Part shown: positions 49,401 to 64,000 of the stretch, piece after piece
Layout: each line of letters opens with the position of its first letter
Position numbering within the stretch: position 1 is the first letter of the stretch
Assembly (NCBI GenBank): GCA_977030845.1
Contig: OZ365113.1
Coordinates: forward strand, 20,832,001-20,896,000
Direction of reading: 5' to 3'
DNA from: Fimbriosthenelais zetlandica
Taxonomy: Eukaryota
DNA: 64,000 nt
Program-made: the position numbers and the translations under genes
The notes under the pieces: model-generated
What the model saw: the letters and a program-made list of their open reading frames with translations, nothing else
The model's database searches: none
What the model was told of the DNA's origin: nothing

Positions 49401-52400
49401 AGGGAATCAATATTTATGTCAACTGCCATACATAATTATATAGCACATGCAGCATTGCCATAGCTTCTGCCCATTTCAAACTTATCATGATTATTGCCGA
49501 GCTTCCAACCATTATTCTTTCCCTCCCTTTTCGATAAAAGCAATTTCTTATACAAGCTTTCGTGAAATTCCTTCCACAGTCTGATAGAGTTTCCAGTGCT
49601 GACTGAGATATGCAAAGGTTTCAAAGTTCCAAAGCAAATATCCGTCTCCACTTGCCTATGCTTTCTGAAGATCTGCAGGGAGAGGACAGGTACTTTTTTA
49701 TAAGCAAATAGAAACAGTTCTCGTGTCATGCGACTGTTAATCCATGCCTTTGTTTTGGCAAACAAGACAATGCGAAGGTTTTTAAGCTTCAGGCACTAAC
49801 ATAAAAAAAACATTTCCATTTATTTGGCAATTAAATGTATCAGTAGTTAAGCAGGGAATGGAAAAAAGTACAGCACATGGGAGAAGGGGAGAGAAAGGTA
49901 TGTTAAAGAATTAAATAGGTCATCTGTTCACCAGCAAAGTGTGCTAACGATATTAATTTAATCCGATGAACAGCATAAAAATAATATCATGATATTAATT
50001 ATCATGCTATTCGCCTGATTAAAACATTAAATGGATTATAATATTGTCAATTACTTGTGCTTCATACAGGTGGAAAATCAAATGGATGGAAAATTCTGAC
50101 GCTACATTGAAGGAATCATCTTCCTTACATTCGCTCTGTACCTACTAACAAAGCAGAGACTTTCTGGGTGCCCACATGGAACAGTCCCTGTGGGGTGAGA
50201 TGGTCATTTTTCATTCAGTGCCTCATGCCATGTGACCTTCTCTAAAGATCACTGACTGGATAATGGGTGTAGAATAGCTGTCCATCTTCATCCCCCAACA
50301 CTTCCAGTATCCCTAATTTGATCATGGAAATATTTCGCAATTAATTAAATATGTCTTCACACATTGACCAGAACACGAATTCTGGAGTATCTTTAAGGGT
50401 TTCTTTAAGCATTTCCTCCATTATAAAGAGTTAACCATTGATCCTTCAAATCCAAATAGATCAGTTTGTAATAATTAATTATGTATCATGACCTTTCAAT
50501 TCACCACAATGCATGGTCTTGACTGAGAAGTTTCTTATCAGCCAGATACTTTCTATCATTGGCCAGATACCCAAGCAGGTATAAGGGTAGCCCACCATTG
50601 ACCTGCTTCCAGGATGAGTGTCCATCCAGGTAATGTCCTCATGATGGACTCTCGTAACCAACTACATAGTCCTCCAGGGTGCCACCAACTCACCCCCGGA
50701 CCGCCATATCTCAGCATCTCACCGCCCATAACACTGGTGGAGAACCCGTTGAACCAGGATAGTGATTGCTCTACTGGGATCTAAATAAGGCCATTGGTCT
50801 TCGCCTAATGAAGGTGACATCAGGCAGCCGGGCTCTGGCCAAAAGACATGATCGCCAAAGCGGATATTACTGAGATGTGTCACTAGACTAAAAGAGACTA
50901 CTGGCCCGTGGCATTGTATTTATAGTAGCAAAGACAATGACGCGTTGTGGCTGTGCATGGGAAAATGGTGATGAACTGGGGGCACCAGCGTTTTCTGCAT
51001 ATTTTAACAGGTCACTTCAGATTATGAATACATTAGTATCCAGCAGGACTGGTTTGGAGGTGTTTATGTTTTGGGCTTGCATAAGGAATACTGGGATGAT
51101 TTCGCAAAGGAAATGAAAGAAAATAATAATTTCTCTGCAGCTTTTCAACTACCTACTGTTCCTTTGATGGGAAAGTAATACACAGGTGTATGTGCACCTG
51201 AAATATTAATGGCGGTAATAAGATGGGTCATATACAATGGGTCGTCCACGATAAAGCCCACGGCTGCACCTAATTAACTTAAAGATCAGTACATATTGAT
51301 TTCATATCAAACAACACAATCCCCGACTCCTAAAACGTATTTGATGTGAACCCCTTTATGTAGGACTAAAGGGACAGGATTCACCTTCAGCATTTTAGGT
51401 ATCATGTCAGTTCCAAATACGATGGCCTTAGTTGTAAGAATATTCCATCCACTCAATTGACCGTCACTGTAGGCAATGAACGAGTGGGAAAGGGAAACAG
51501 GGCCATTCAATTCCACAAATGGAATGAGTAAAAATGACTTGCCAAGTCCACAAGTAAAATGAGGAACATTAGGTTCTAAATCTGCGGAAGAAAGAATTTA
51601 CAATTTCTCTTCCTAAAGTTACCGATAGAAATGTCCATTTAAGTTAATTGAGATCAGGGAGTGAATAGCTGCAGTGCTACACTTGTGGGAACATTGAGCG
51701 CTGGAGGGATATGCTCATATATACAGCCTCAATGACATCCTCAAGCCTGAAAAGAGGAAGCAAATCAACTTGGAATTGGTCCTCAACAAATCGGGCTCTT
51801 CAGGCAGATTGCCATGTAATAGGCCATCTTTTCCGGTACCTAATATTCTCAGAAATGGAATAAAAATATAATATACTGGCTCGGATAGCGAGATGGTTTT
51901 GATTTGCCGAGAGAATAAGGGATAATGCAATGAGCTAGATGAGCCGGAGCATTGAGATTGACCCCTTTTTCTGGTCTAATATGATTTTCTATTGCCAATA
52001 TATTTGCACCTGCGTGCTGACATAATATTTTTCTAATAATTTATCAAATAGGCGTACGTTAATTTGCAGGACAATTTTTACGATGGGAAAACAATTTTAG
52101 TCACTTGTAGAACCAAATGTGCAATAAGATCTAGCGTCAGGACAAAACATGAATATTCAAATTGAGGATGGCATCATAACTTGAGGAGAATCAGTAAGCA
52201 ATCAAGTAATCTTTCCCTTTTGAATACAAATTGCATTGGCTACCATGTGCCGGCGTTGGGTGAGGAGTGTTCCCTGAATTCTAGTCATACTTCCACATGA
52301 CTAGCGACAAACAACCTTTCATGCCTTGAAGCAAAGTTTGCCTGATGGAAGTCAATCAGGCTCATGTTATCCTCCATGAGGCCTTTATCTGGCAGATTCC

Positions 52401-52410
52401 CAAGGTATAT

Positions 52411-52808
52411 GTGATGTGTTTTCACGAAATGAGTCTAAAGTCGCAAAAATGGATTTCGAGTGGTTGCAGATGCGTATAGAGCAGATTATGAGCTTTTTAA
52501 TTATGTATAGTACAAGGAGATGTGAAAAATACTGAAAAAATTTCAAAGAATAAAAGTAGTGACTGCAGAAACCAGAGAAAATACCCATTTCAGACAATTC
52601 TCTGTCCAACTGGATGAAAACTTAAAGGGACAACACACACAAAGTAGAACGTTTCTCAATTCCAGTCACAGAAGTAGTAAATATATCAAATACTTGCTTT
52701 TATTGCGAAAATGCTGAAAGAAATAAGTGGTTTGTTTCAAACGCTTTCAGGCCTGTAGCTCTGAATGGCCCTGTGCGACTTTAGACTCATTTCATGAAAA
52801 CACATCCG
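52411..52808. mobile_element. 398-bp MITE with ~33-bp TIRs flanked by ATAT (Sola1-like AWWT target, inferred)
   Basis: gatgtgttttcacgaaatgagtctaaagtcgca versus tgcgactttagactcatttcatgaaaacacatc (1 mismatch); ATAT at 52407-52410 and 52809-52812. Confidence 0.85.
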
Positions 52809-53363
52809 ATATGAGGATCAAAGTGTGAGGACACCATGAACATGTAATACACGTGCACACACAAAATGCACACAGCTGCACATGATGAGTCCATCCACTG
52901 ACTGTTAGTCACTCTCATTATCATGGCATCTACTCATATATCAGAGGTTTCATTACATTTTCACTTTTCTGACTATCACATGCTAGACTGCTAAATGACA
53001 CTGTCACACGCCCAATATTTCTCACAGATCAGCACCTGACTCACTCGCTTATATTCAGTTACTCGCCTGCTCACTCAGTAACTCGCTCATACATTCATTC
53101 AGTCACTCGCCCCTTGTGCCTTTCGGCTAACGTGTCACCTCTCTAGCCGCAGGTAGAAGGAGAAAATTAATGTATAATACCGGCTCCTACTTCAACAAGC
53201 CATGTCATTAAAATGTCCCAAATGTCAACCACCACCTGAGGCTCTTTTTCCTCCACACATAAATCTATTCATGGTGATTCATATTCAGCTTAGATTTCCT
53301 TCATTTCTAAGTTAAACACCATGTTCATTCAACAATACACTTTATCATCTGTCTAATCACAGG

Positions 53364-53405
53364 TTTACTGCTGATTTGATATCATTTACTGTTGATTTGA
53401 TATCA
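53364..53405. repeat. 21-bp tandem duplication
   Basis: tttactg(c/t)tgatttgatatca occurs twice. Confidence 0.85.
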
Positions 53406-56400
53406 GAATATTTTAGCATTCGAGGGATGGCTTTAGACCTGATCTCATGTTAGAAGTTAAGATTTTATTTTATCTTTCCACCCCTCCTTATTGAAATTGA
53501 ACAATTACAGGATGATTTTTTATTCATTGTTTTTTTTTTTAGAAAAAAAAAATTGAAATGTTTTCTGGGAGGACTACAACACATCGCAGTCTAACAGGTG
53601 TGATAAAGTGGGGTTTACTTTTGTAAAACAGATTTGGTGCACATTTGTGGAGGGCATTGGTGGCGGAGCGTCGAGCTTGACGTATTGGTGCTCTAGTTAC
53701 TACAACTAACAGTGATGTAGAACACAAATCGTTCTCGCAAAGTGGGAGGCAATGATTGAGTGGGAGTCTGGGGAGACTTTATTGACCAGGAGAGGGGTGA
53801 AGGACTTGGGAGGACAAGATTCACTGGACTTAATAATGGGAAAGCAAGACGCAGTGGTGGAAGATGGAAAGGTGCTGCGATGCCTATATATATGTGGACG
53901 GAGAATTGGAAGTAAAAGCTTCAATGCAGATTTATTTGATGAAAACCAATTGGTCCTTTCGAGACTTTGGTGCCTCCAATAACCTGGGAAATATTGCTTC
54001 ACCGGTTTTAAATTAAACTATAAACTCAGTACAAGAGAGAATTTATCTATATAGATATTCAATCAAATACAGATGTATGTATCACATTCAAATCATTCCA
54101 GGAGCAGTCTATAGACATAGTGTGACAGGCAATTGTCTTTGACATGACAACTTTCATTGCGACCAATGTCTCAGCCCGCACCAGGAGGAGAAGTTGCACG
54201 TACTGAAGCCAACTTGTCTTGGGAGGCTTTGCAGTATATCTCTGGAGAAGACCGTGGATGCAGTGCATGCAGGTGCAGACAGATACATCGCCATCTATAT
54301 TAAGACAGTGGGGACTATGATGTGATTAGGAAGGGTCAATTTGTGACTATGGGGGGTGAGGCGAGCGGCGGGCTAAGTCGGAAGGGGAGGCAGAGTTGAC
54401 AACTGTACTTTGGATGTGCAGGTAGAGCTTAGATTATATATGCTTTTAGCCTAGAGGGATATACCAGACTGGGTGTGGGTGTGGGGTGGTATATTCCTCC
54501 TTGATCCCTCTCTGGACCAGCATCGTTTATCTGGGTCTAACAAAAAAAATATCATTACTCCGGGCTTGTCGTTTATATTTAACGTCTGGGCGAAACTCAA
54601 TGGAATCAGTTGGGATCCATTGTCACCAGCATCCACTTACAAATTAGGATTCCCACAATATTAGTGAATATATTGGGAAAATATGAATTCAAAGCCCTGT
54701 ATTATTATTAATTAATTTAATCATCAAGCTTAATTTTCTCATTATTTTCTGAAGAAATAATTCTTAAGTTGCAAATAAATCATGGGTCTCTGTACCTTTA
54801 AACAATGTACAAGGCGCAGATCAATAATAAATCTATTTAAATAACAGAGACTAATAACAAGTTGCATCAAAAATGACCCTGACAAAAAATGGCCAATGAT
54901 CAAGGCGGCGGGGGGGCCCGGCAAATAAGAGTATTGATATTGGTTGGCTGATATTGTGGACCACCTCCTGAGAAGGGGCACCCAGTGATTTGCTGCCGAC
55001 TTCCGGTCACATAACCCCACGTGATATATAGTTCCTGACTTATAAAAGCAACAAAGGCTGGAAACGAGGAAGATTGTAGTGGCGGAGGGCTTGCTTATTG
55101 TGACCCTGATCGCCCCTTGTTGTGTTAGGGACTTTATAGTGGCAGCACAAATGAATATAATTCATGGTCGGTAAATCAAATAAGAACTGGCTATGGATAT
55201 TACATAATACACTATACCAATCTCGTTATTGTTGCTATCAATGGAAGGCCAGGTTCCTGTAGTACTTTATAGGGACTAGAAAAGTCCCTCGTAAAACAAG
55301 TTAAGAAGAATACCTGGCTCTCGCCATAGCTGAGGTATCGTAGCTTAAATCTGTCCGAGTTTAGTAAATTAAAGGCAACGTGTATATACGCGTTTCTCCT
55401 GTCTAGACTTTCCCTAGAAGAAGGTTTACCTCTATAGCCATGGGTGACAATGGATTCGGCAAAAGTAATATAACTAGTAATTGGTGTCATTGGGTCGAGA
55501 ATGACAAGTAAAGTCCATTTATCATTTTTGAGAGTGACACATTTTTAAATAGTGAAAAGACTAAAGTTAGTTGAACAAAAAAGAAGAAGAAATTTCTAGA
55601 AGGGAGCATAGAATGACATGCCACAGATGTGACGCAAGTTCAATGGCCACTCCACATTAAGGCTCAGGTAACTTAAGCTGTTGTCCAGGCTGACTCAGCC
55701 CATAGGCTAAGACATGTAGCCACATGATCTCTAAATAAAATGCTCCAATACCTTCCAATAGCCTCCAGCAACTTAAGTGCAAACCTTTGCATATTTATGA
55801 ACTGACAACGAGTATATATATGCTGCTTATTATATGGCAAACATAGTACTTATTAATATTTGTTCATGACACATTACAGTATAAAAGATAATTAGATGAA
55901 GTTTGTAATGAGTTCAGAGATGAGTCATTTACCAGGTAAATAGAAAGCTAAACGAGAAGGTCACGAGGCAACAGTAAGGTAATTACGCAGGGCAGAATTG
56001 CTATGCATTGCGAGACATATTGAAACGAGTTGAACAGGGTAATTATTATCTGTCAATGCTTGTTTGGAGCATTAATAGGAAATCCTCAAGAAATCAATTT
56101 GCACACATAATGGGGAACGTTGCCATAATCACTGGAACATTTCCATATACTGCTAACAAAAGGCAAGCTTATTGACCACACTAAATGACGCATTTCTGTA
56201 TATGCTACTCGGCTGTATTATCTAGTAAGTACCTCCATTATGCGGAATAAGTGTATTTAGCACTGAAAGGTGAGAGACTGGGTGCTGGACTATAACGGGG
56301 TATGTTTAAATGGTTGCGTTGCATTCTCATAATAAGTGTACCCTTTATAATGTCTTTAACAGATAAGAGCGTTTTTGCAGCCACGTTCTTGGCACAGCTG

Positions 56401-59400
56401 ACCTTTTTAGGTGCACCTTTCTGCATCGCTGTACCACTAGCCGAAAGGACGCACATTTGAATTAAAATCTAATTGGCCCGCTCGATTGCTGGCATTTCTT
56501 TCTGAAGTCGCATAAAAAGAAAAAAAACCAACAACTAGAGACGTTCATAGTCTGGTCCAGCCATTTTTAGTCAGGCATTGCACTAATCTACACTGCATCA
56601 CTGCACGCATGCTCGGTACGTTTTTGACAATACAAATTTATTGATACAGTCCACTATAATTTCCAACCAAGTATATATATATATATATAAAAAAAAAAGA
56701 AGAAGAGAACTTGCCACCAGCATATAAAAGAGTGTTTAGAACTTGCATCTAAAATATTTCATCCATCACCCTGGTAATTTTCCTCCCATGGCAATGAGAA
56801 TAAAACATAATGTGATTAATTACACTTTAATCAGCGCCACGGGGGAGTAAAATCTCAAACTGAAGGCGTTAAATGAGTGAGAAACCATCCACCTCTCAGC
56901 CAACAGAAGGGCACTTAGAGTCAAGCTTCATTCAATAGCAGGGATGGGAAGAGAGGGGGCGAGCAAAACAGGGATGGTGATGGGAGGCAGACCTTAAAAA
57001 GATCTGCTTCAATTGACAGAGATGTCTGCTGAAGGAAGGTCAAATTAGTCAACACCGCATCTCCAACACAAGTCATGAAATCAGGAGGTGTCAAGACTTT
57101 GTCGCCATTACTGCGGCAGGGGGCAGTGATTTTCTACTGATTTATAGTCCATCAACTATATACAAGGCAGACATGTATACATGGATCAAGAGGTGAGCAG
57201 AAAAAAGGTATTATGTTAGTTCAAAGGGAGAAAAAATGGAAAATATATCAAGCAAAATGAACTTGTTCTGGAAGGAGCGCACATGCATGAGAGCCATGGG
57301 ATAGGGATGTATGTTGGGATTAGGCTTGAGAGAGGAGAGACAGAAGAGATAAAGTGAGAGGTGGAGTGGGAGAGATGATATGGAAGGCTTGCTGTAAGAG
57401 TGGCTCACCAGTCCAAGGCTACACACCTGTTGCACTCACCACCTCCACACAGACAGTGAGGGGCAGAAGCAGTCTCAAATGTCTCTTACATTTAGTCTCA
57501 AAGGAACATTACATGCGATCCCAAAGGTGTTTCATATTACCTCAATCCTTTCTTCTGTAACAAACAATAATCCAAGACGTGAAGGTAAAAGGCTACGTCG
57601 CAGCTAACATTTCACCAATGTACACGGTTTCAAAGGATAACCAAGGTTGTTTTCTGCATTTTGACATGATCCTATTTGAAATAATCATCGAAATGTCATC
57701 AGTTTAAATTAACATTTATATTATGCAGTAATGCTATATTTTAGCAAAACAAAACAATATATCCACTGCAGCATCTTTTCAAGATAGTACAGAAACAAAA
57801 ATTGCTGCGACTGTAAAACATGCGCAATTAGTGCTCTGTCTCTGATTTCCTGTAAATTACAGTACTCAGCACTCCAGCAGGTGTTTTGCGTGACCTAACC
57901 AACTGAAACCGGATCACTGAATATGTCTCTAGTCTAGATCTATCTGGTATTCACATAGGTCTCTCCACTTTGGCCATTACCGATTTACAGCCTCCAATTG
58001 CAAGAGGAAAAACAAGGTCGAACAACTTTTTTTCAAGCTACAATATTGTGTTCACGAACGAAGAGATGGCTAGCGTTTTAACTTCACTAAACAGCCCAGC
58101 GAAAAAGGACCAATTGCAATTTTTTTCAGCAGGAGACAATTTCCGTTTGTTCATAGAAAACGCATTCCCAAGTCACCTTGGTGTGCCTGAAAAACCACTA
58201 TGCTGGGATTTTCCACACATTTTCGCCATGAATGAATGAATGGATAAATGAATGGAGACGGTAAAAAGGTGAGGGGGGAAATAAGGATCAATCTTAACAA
58301 AGCCTGTGAGGATGATAAACGAGAGAACTTGCCCGAGCCTGCCATGCATGAATAATAGGCTAAAAGTCATTCTTCTCATAAAGACGGCACTTCACTAAAA
58401 CTTAAACCAAGCTTTGTCCCATATGGTGCAACTTAAACAAAACACTTTTAGGGCCATGTTTAAAATCTGTTTCAGACTTTTTGCTATGTCTCTATTAAAA
58501 CTTTTCTGATCTCTATTTAGATTTTTTTACTTTTCAGTAAAGGTTTCTTTACTATAGAAACACACCAGTGTTTAAGCTGACGAGTTCATGTTGAAGGTTT
58601 TGTCTATAATATTGAACACATGTCCATGCCGGGTATTGTGATATTAATGTAAAGAAATATGGTCATTCTATAAATCGGGGGATGGTGTGCAGACCCATGC
58701 AAGCAATTTATTTAGCAACAGGCAAAATAACCAAAAGCAATGATGGAAATTCCTCTATGTAAAATCTAGATAACAAGGTCCTGTTCGAAACTAGAAGCCA
58801 TTTAGTCCAGACGAAGAACATGACTGGAATGCATGCACCCTTGACAAAGCATCATTCACCGAAATTCCTCCCCAGTTTTCCCACTAACGGATTACATAGT
58901 TTGTGCTTAATATTTAGTAAGACTGATGGTGTGTTATATTGGCTGGAGATAATAATAGGGCAATAACCTCAATGCCCATATGTTGTACATGAGCTTTAAC
59001 AATTGCTGGGGAAAAAAGTGAAAATAATAAAGAATAGGGGAAAAAATGAGAATGAGGATAACAGGCGTTAGTCAAATATCTGTTCACCATAGCTCAAAGT
59101 GTTATGTATTAGCCATGCCACCATCCATCTCAAATAATCTCACAAACTATACTACACAGTGAAAAGGCAAGCTGAAGCGGGAGCATTATAAGTACACTGA
59201 GGTGACAATCTATAAGATTGCAATCTATCACCATCTCGGTGTCTTACAGATTACAGAAGTCTAATTCATCTTCATTCTATTTACCTATGCTGATGTTGGC
59301 TATAGATGGAGTGGAAAGAATGAATACAAAAAGGAATACTCGGGCAATTATTTTCCCTCGTATCCCTGCATTTATGTAATCTGGAAGCCAGTACAATATC

Positions 59401-62400
59401 TAGCAATCTATAGCATTCGTTTCCTCGCGCTATCATGGGACGTTTAAATCCTGCAGATGTGTACAACGACAAGCATGTTACCATTGCAAGAGACAATTCC
59501 CAAAGCAACTTGTCTCTTTAGAAGTAGACAGCTCAGTTGATTATTATGCATTGGCAAAGCTCAGTAGACATGTTTTCCAACATGGATTAGTTGGTCGGCG
59601 GATTGCTCTACTCCAGTATCAAAAGTAAGCTTTCTTTTGGCTCATTAATATTTTTGAGGAAGCCACTTTTCAGCCATTTCCTGCAGAGAGTTCAGCCTCC
59701 CCTAGGGACATGCAGAGCTATCTACATAACTATGAACGCTGTCAAATCTCCTGAGGTAATGCCTTCATGGCTCCAGACCCGTCTTGTGATTGTCATCAAT
59801 CGCTGGCTCTATGAGTGGTGGGGGTGGGTGGTGGGTGGTGGGTGGGTGGGTGTGGCATGGTGACTTGCTAAAGGAGCGGGAGAGAAAGTGGAGGACATTG
59901 TTAGTGTTACCTACCAACAATCCGTCCTCACTTAGCCTTCCACACCTCCTCACTCTTCATCAGTCAACTCTTGGACAATAAGAGGACAAGGGCCTAAATG
60001 ATAGGCCCTACTAAGACAATGTATCGTCTGGTAAGGAATGCATGAAGCAGCATCCAGGCCTCCTGTATCGCTGAATGAATTGATGAGGCAAATATTTATG
60101 ATAAAGACAACATTCATCAGAAGTGATAAGTATGGGAAAAGGTGTACATGTATACTTTTTGTCCAATCTAGCCTGAGACACCAAAATTGAAAGAATCTTA
60201 AAGAATTTGAAGTGGCACCATGTGACTGGAATGATCCATACTTACTTCGATGCAAAGTTAATGACAATTATCCAGGTATGAAGGAAACGGGGAGGTGGTC
60301 CAATTACCCTGGCAAGACAAATAAAGTGCGGAAATGCAGGCATTGACGTGGCATTTCCAATCAGGCCCAAAATAGATCTTCACTTTCTCATGAATATTAT
60401 AATATTTCCTGGCCATGAAATGCTGAACTTTCAAAATTCTTAGAAAAAAGTATTAGTTTTCATTTCATATTCATGTGTAATTTAACGCTGGATGGGTCTG
60501 CGTCCGGAAAGAAAGGCGTGTAATTACTAATTCATTCGTTTTTGATGTAGAAAGGGGACTCAGAGAAGGAATTTAAAGGGAAAATAGGACGATTAAAATA
60601 GAATATACAACAAAGGTTCAAATGCCATGATTAAACCGGAGGAGAATAGACTGAAGGTTGACCACCGAGGAGGCTCCATGGCGCCAAGATTAAAGCCCAT
60701 GGTCAGTGGGGAGTAAATATGCAATTTCCCCTCCACCTGAAAACTATTTCCCTCGTGTTAAAACGGAACAAATGAAAATAGAATTCAGATTTTGATGAGA
60801 CAGGGGAACATATGGATATATATATATATGTTTTTGAGGGGAGTATGTCTGTCTTGGGGGATTAGGCCAATCTGGCACATATTTCTGGGGCTCACCATCA
60901 GTCAAGGCGCTAACGTGAAACAAGTCATTTCCTGACTCCAAGTACTTTCAGTAATTAACTGAAAGCAGGCTTTTAATTAGGATGTGTACCGTACTTAAAG
61001 AGCTAGCATATTCCATAAAGGAACTATAGCCTATCCAAAGGAAATAAAATTGTAATAAATTAACTTTAGAACCAGACATGGGACTCAAGATTGATGGGCG
61101 GGTAAGGCCACATCAGTGAGGCAAAATGGAAACCAATTCTTAAAGGAATATTACCTTTTACAGAGTTCAGAAGGTTTTAATAAAGATTCAAAATGGTCTA
61201 GACATGACAATCAACAAGCCTTGAGGAGAATTCTGTGCATTCCTAAACATGTACGTTATCGGGAACAATGGAAAGCTGGAATAGTATGCCTCTCGTCATG
61301 ATAATGAACGCTCGTTCAACGCTTTGTAATTTAATTGTCATATCTTAGCACAGACACTGAAATGTGGTTGGATGCAGAGAGGGATTGCTACTTGACTATG
61401 ATAGATGCACTGTATTATGTAATCTGTCACCACGGTAACATTAATGGGGCAGACGGGGCTGTGCAAAAGGACAAATAATTATTTTCTACTATATTTTTTA
61501 CCATCTTAATGGTCAGTGATTAAATATGGAAGGAAATGGTAGATTTTATGTTGAAACTGCCTTCAGCTCTGCTCTGATTCTAGTACGTGGCTTCATCAAG
61601 GTATGGCTTGGTTCAATAGGGAGTCTCTGATGCTTTGTTTGAATAAGTGAACAATGCACCTAAAATATGGCTCGAAACTTCCCTGATGGCATTGTGAAAA
61701 ACAGGCACACATTAACCTTCATCATATAGGCCACAGCCAGACACTCAAAACAGCATGTATTGCTTCTAGATATTCTCTAATAGTGAACAACACATTATTG
61801 AAGACACAGACAAGAGCATAGTATCCAACTATCTCCTGTGTATACCTCATGGTAATGGATTTTCCATCTTGCTTTCCCTATAATGTCTTCTGTATAGATA
61901 TATACCTTTTGTACATCAGACATGAAAGGTGCATATGGCAGGGGAATGAGTATTTGCTACTGATCTTTTCAATGACATTCAGTTAGCTCTCTTTATTTGC
62001 CCGAGGCCACACACAGAAAACCCTTCATGGAAGAACTATCATGCTGCCAGGCATTGCATGAGATGCTTCAACATAAACAAATGGGAGTAATACGATACCC
62101 TTCTGTCAACATTTCCTGAATTATAAATAAAAAGCCTTTGATCCCAGTTCCACTGCATGTCAGGCATGAGGAGGAAGGCAGGATGGCAGGACACCTGTTG
62201 AGGGGGTGTCTATAAAAAAAGATACCATCAAGGGCCTAATATTGACTTGGTGGGGAGAAGATTGCTGGGCCTGCGTGGATTTGCCACTACTGCACAATTC
62301 TTATTAATTCTACTCTAAAATATTAATATAGGCCGAGTCTAACTTCATAATATGTACAGCATAACGTGGCCCCAGTGCAGGAAAAGCAAAGGTTTTGCTT

Positions 62401-63825
62401 TGACCCAGGTCACAAACCTACTCAAGACCCATCTTATATGTGCAGGGAACTTACGTTAGTCCCTTCTGGGTGAGACTGCAATGTACCCCATCTGGGCAAA
62501 TTTGGCAGGATAATATAGATACAGAGTCAAGGTTTAAGGACCACATATAAATATGAGAGGTTCAGTATATGAGTGAGACAAAGTCTGCATGCACGACTCT
62601 CACCCAGTGTGTGAGAGTACCGAACAATACACTATTGCCTGTCACGGCTTGTTTCAGCAAGCTTCCCTCATCCTAACCCGCATGTGGGGGCTAATTGGCA
62701 GCACTGGCTGATTGGGAATTCCCATGCTCCATAAAAAAGAAGAGAGCAGAGAGTGGATGGTCGAAATATAATAAGCTGCGATTCAGTGCTAATTGCACGC
62801 CACAAACGAAGAGCGATGAATCAAAACTCGGCTATTTCTAAAGGAAAAATTAGATCCGATACGAATATTTCATTCCAAATGGCAAATTATGATAGATTTT
62901 TACATCAGAAAATGCGAGAGGGAAAAAGACAAGCTCAAGGGGAAATAGTTGTGATGGGAAAAAGGGGGAAGGCCTAATAAAATAGTTGATAGATTATGAA
63001 TGAGAGGTTAAAGGTAAGTAAATATGTAGTGTACAGTGGTGGGGAGTACAGGATGGGATGAATGGGTACAGACACCTGTTGATGCCTCTAAATGAGAGGA
63101 CAATATGTTAGGGCCTATACTCTATATCATTATCTGGGACCGAGTGTCTGGCTTGTCCCAATAAGAGCTGCTGGCGGTCCTGTCACACCAGCCCTCCCTC
63201 CCTCCCACCTCACCCCCGCCACCCACTCACTCAGTCACTGAGCGAGTCACTCCTGAGTGAGCGGCTCCTATCCTCTATCAGCCACCCTCCCACATAGAGA
63301 ATGGGACGAGGGAGCCTCCACTGTTAGCTCACTTCTAATTGTCAGCCTTTACAAATAGAAATACTGCCCCACCTTCTCCACGCTCAAGGTGGACAGTCAA
63401 ACAGATGACTGTCAGTTGTTTAGAAGGACGTGCTCCTTATTTGAGCCCAGGAAAAATGAGATAAAGGAGAATAAAACCCTTCCCTTGAACGGAGATGCTT
63501 GAAATTTGAGTACCAAATGGTTTTGGGAGGTATGCAATAACCGATATTGATTAGTTCTTCAAAGGTCTATATCAACATTTAATTATGACTTTTATGATTT
63601 TCAGGTACATTGTATATCATTCCTTCAATAACCAATGGTAGTTTATTGGTATAAACTAATGGTAGGAATAATGACCTTACTCTGTCATGCGAAGGAGCTT
63701 GTAGCCAAGCTCTCCAGAGGCATTAGCAAGGCTTAGTTACCTAGGCGCCTGCCAGACTCTTCAGTTTAAGTTTCAAGAGTTAATATTCAGGGACATAGGC
63801 GAGACTGAGTTGGGACAGGTCTTAC

Positions 63826-63942
63826 CTTGTGAAGTCTAACAGTACGTCTGTACTGTAGAGCTGCCTTGGCACGGGCATACTCCTCCTGGTAGTTGGGGTC
63901 CTTCTCTACAGCCATGTTAATATATACCACGAATACAAAACA
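63826..63942 (-). CDS. Candidate 117-nt internal exon of an unidentified gene, CFVFVVYINMAVEKDPNYQEEYARAKAALQYRRTVRLHK
   Basis: Pyrimidine-rich acceptor ...tttcatccag, strong AAG|gtaag donor, phase 0-0, coding-like codon pattern. No family recognised. Confidence 0.45.
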
Positions 63943-64000
63943 CTGGATGAAACGCCAGAGATGGGTAAGCAAGCAGGTAGGCTATCACCAGGTCAAACAG

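Noticed and set aside
49436-49765. 109-aa ORF with a good acceptor at about 49673
   Set aside because: No family recognised and weak coding signal; kept only as a speculative partner of the 63826-63942 exon.
63681-63760. Possible exon LANASGELGYKLLRMT next to the 63826 exon
   Set aside because: Phase-0 acceptors hit stops, so it is incompatible with the favoured frame.

Overview
Eukaryotic, AT-rich, mostly intronic or intergenic DNA. A MESC/Meta-core-type SINE remnant suggests a lophotrochozoan (inference). The main feature is an apparently intact 8,657-bp CACTA/EnSpm (CMC superfamily) DNA transposon at 27753-36409 (+), with CACTCT termini and a 2-bp CA target duplication. It encodes a C2H2-finger DDE transposase and a 9-exon accessory gene, and both can be spliced in frame from one shared 29-nt first coding exon. 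It lies antisense inside what appears to be a >39-kb intron of a minus-strand synaptophysin-family gene, of which one 66-nt exon (39966-40031) is recognisable. The same intron contains a textbook recursive-splice (AG|GTAAGT) site with a 41-nt cryptic exon at 19531-19604. Also present: several non-autonomous DNA elements (CAGGGTTC ends with 5-bp TSDs, an ATAT-flanked family, a Harbinger-like foldback), short tandem arrays, microsatellites and one unassigned candidate exon near the right end. Nearly all other ORFs in the track look like noise. All calls were made by eye, without database searches.
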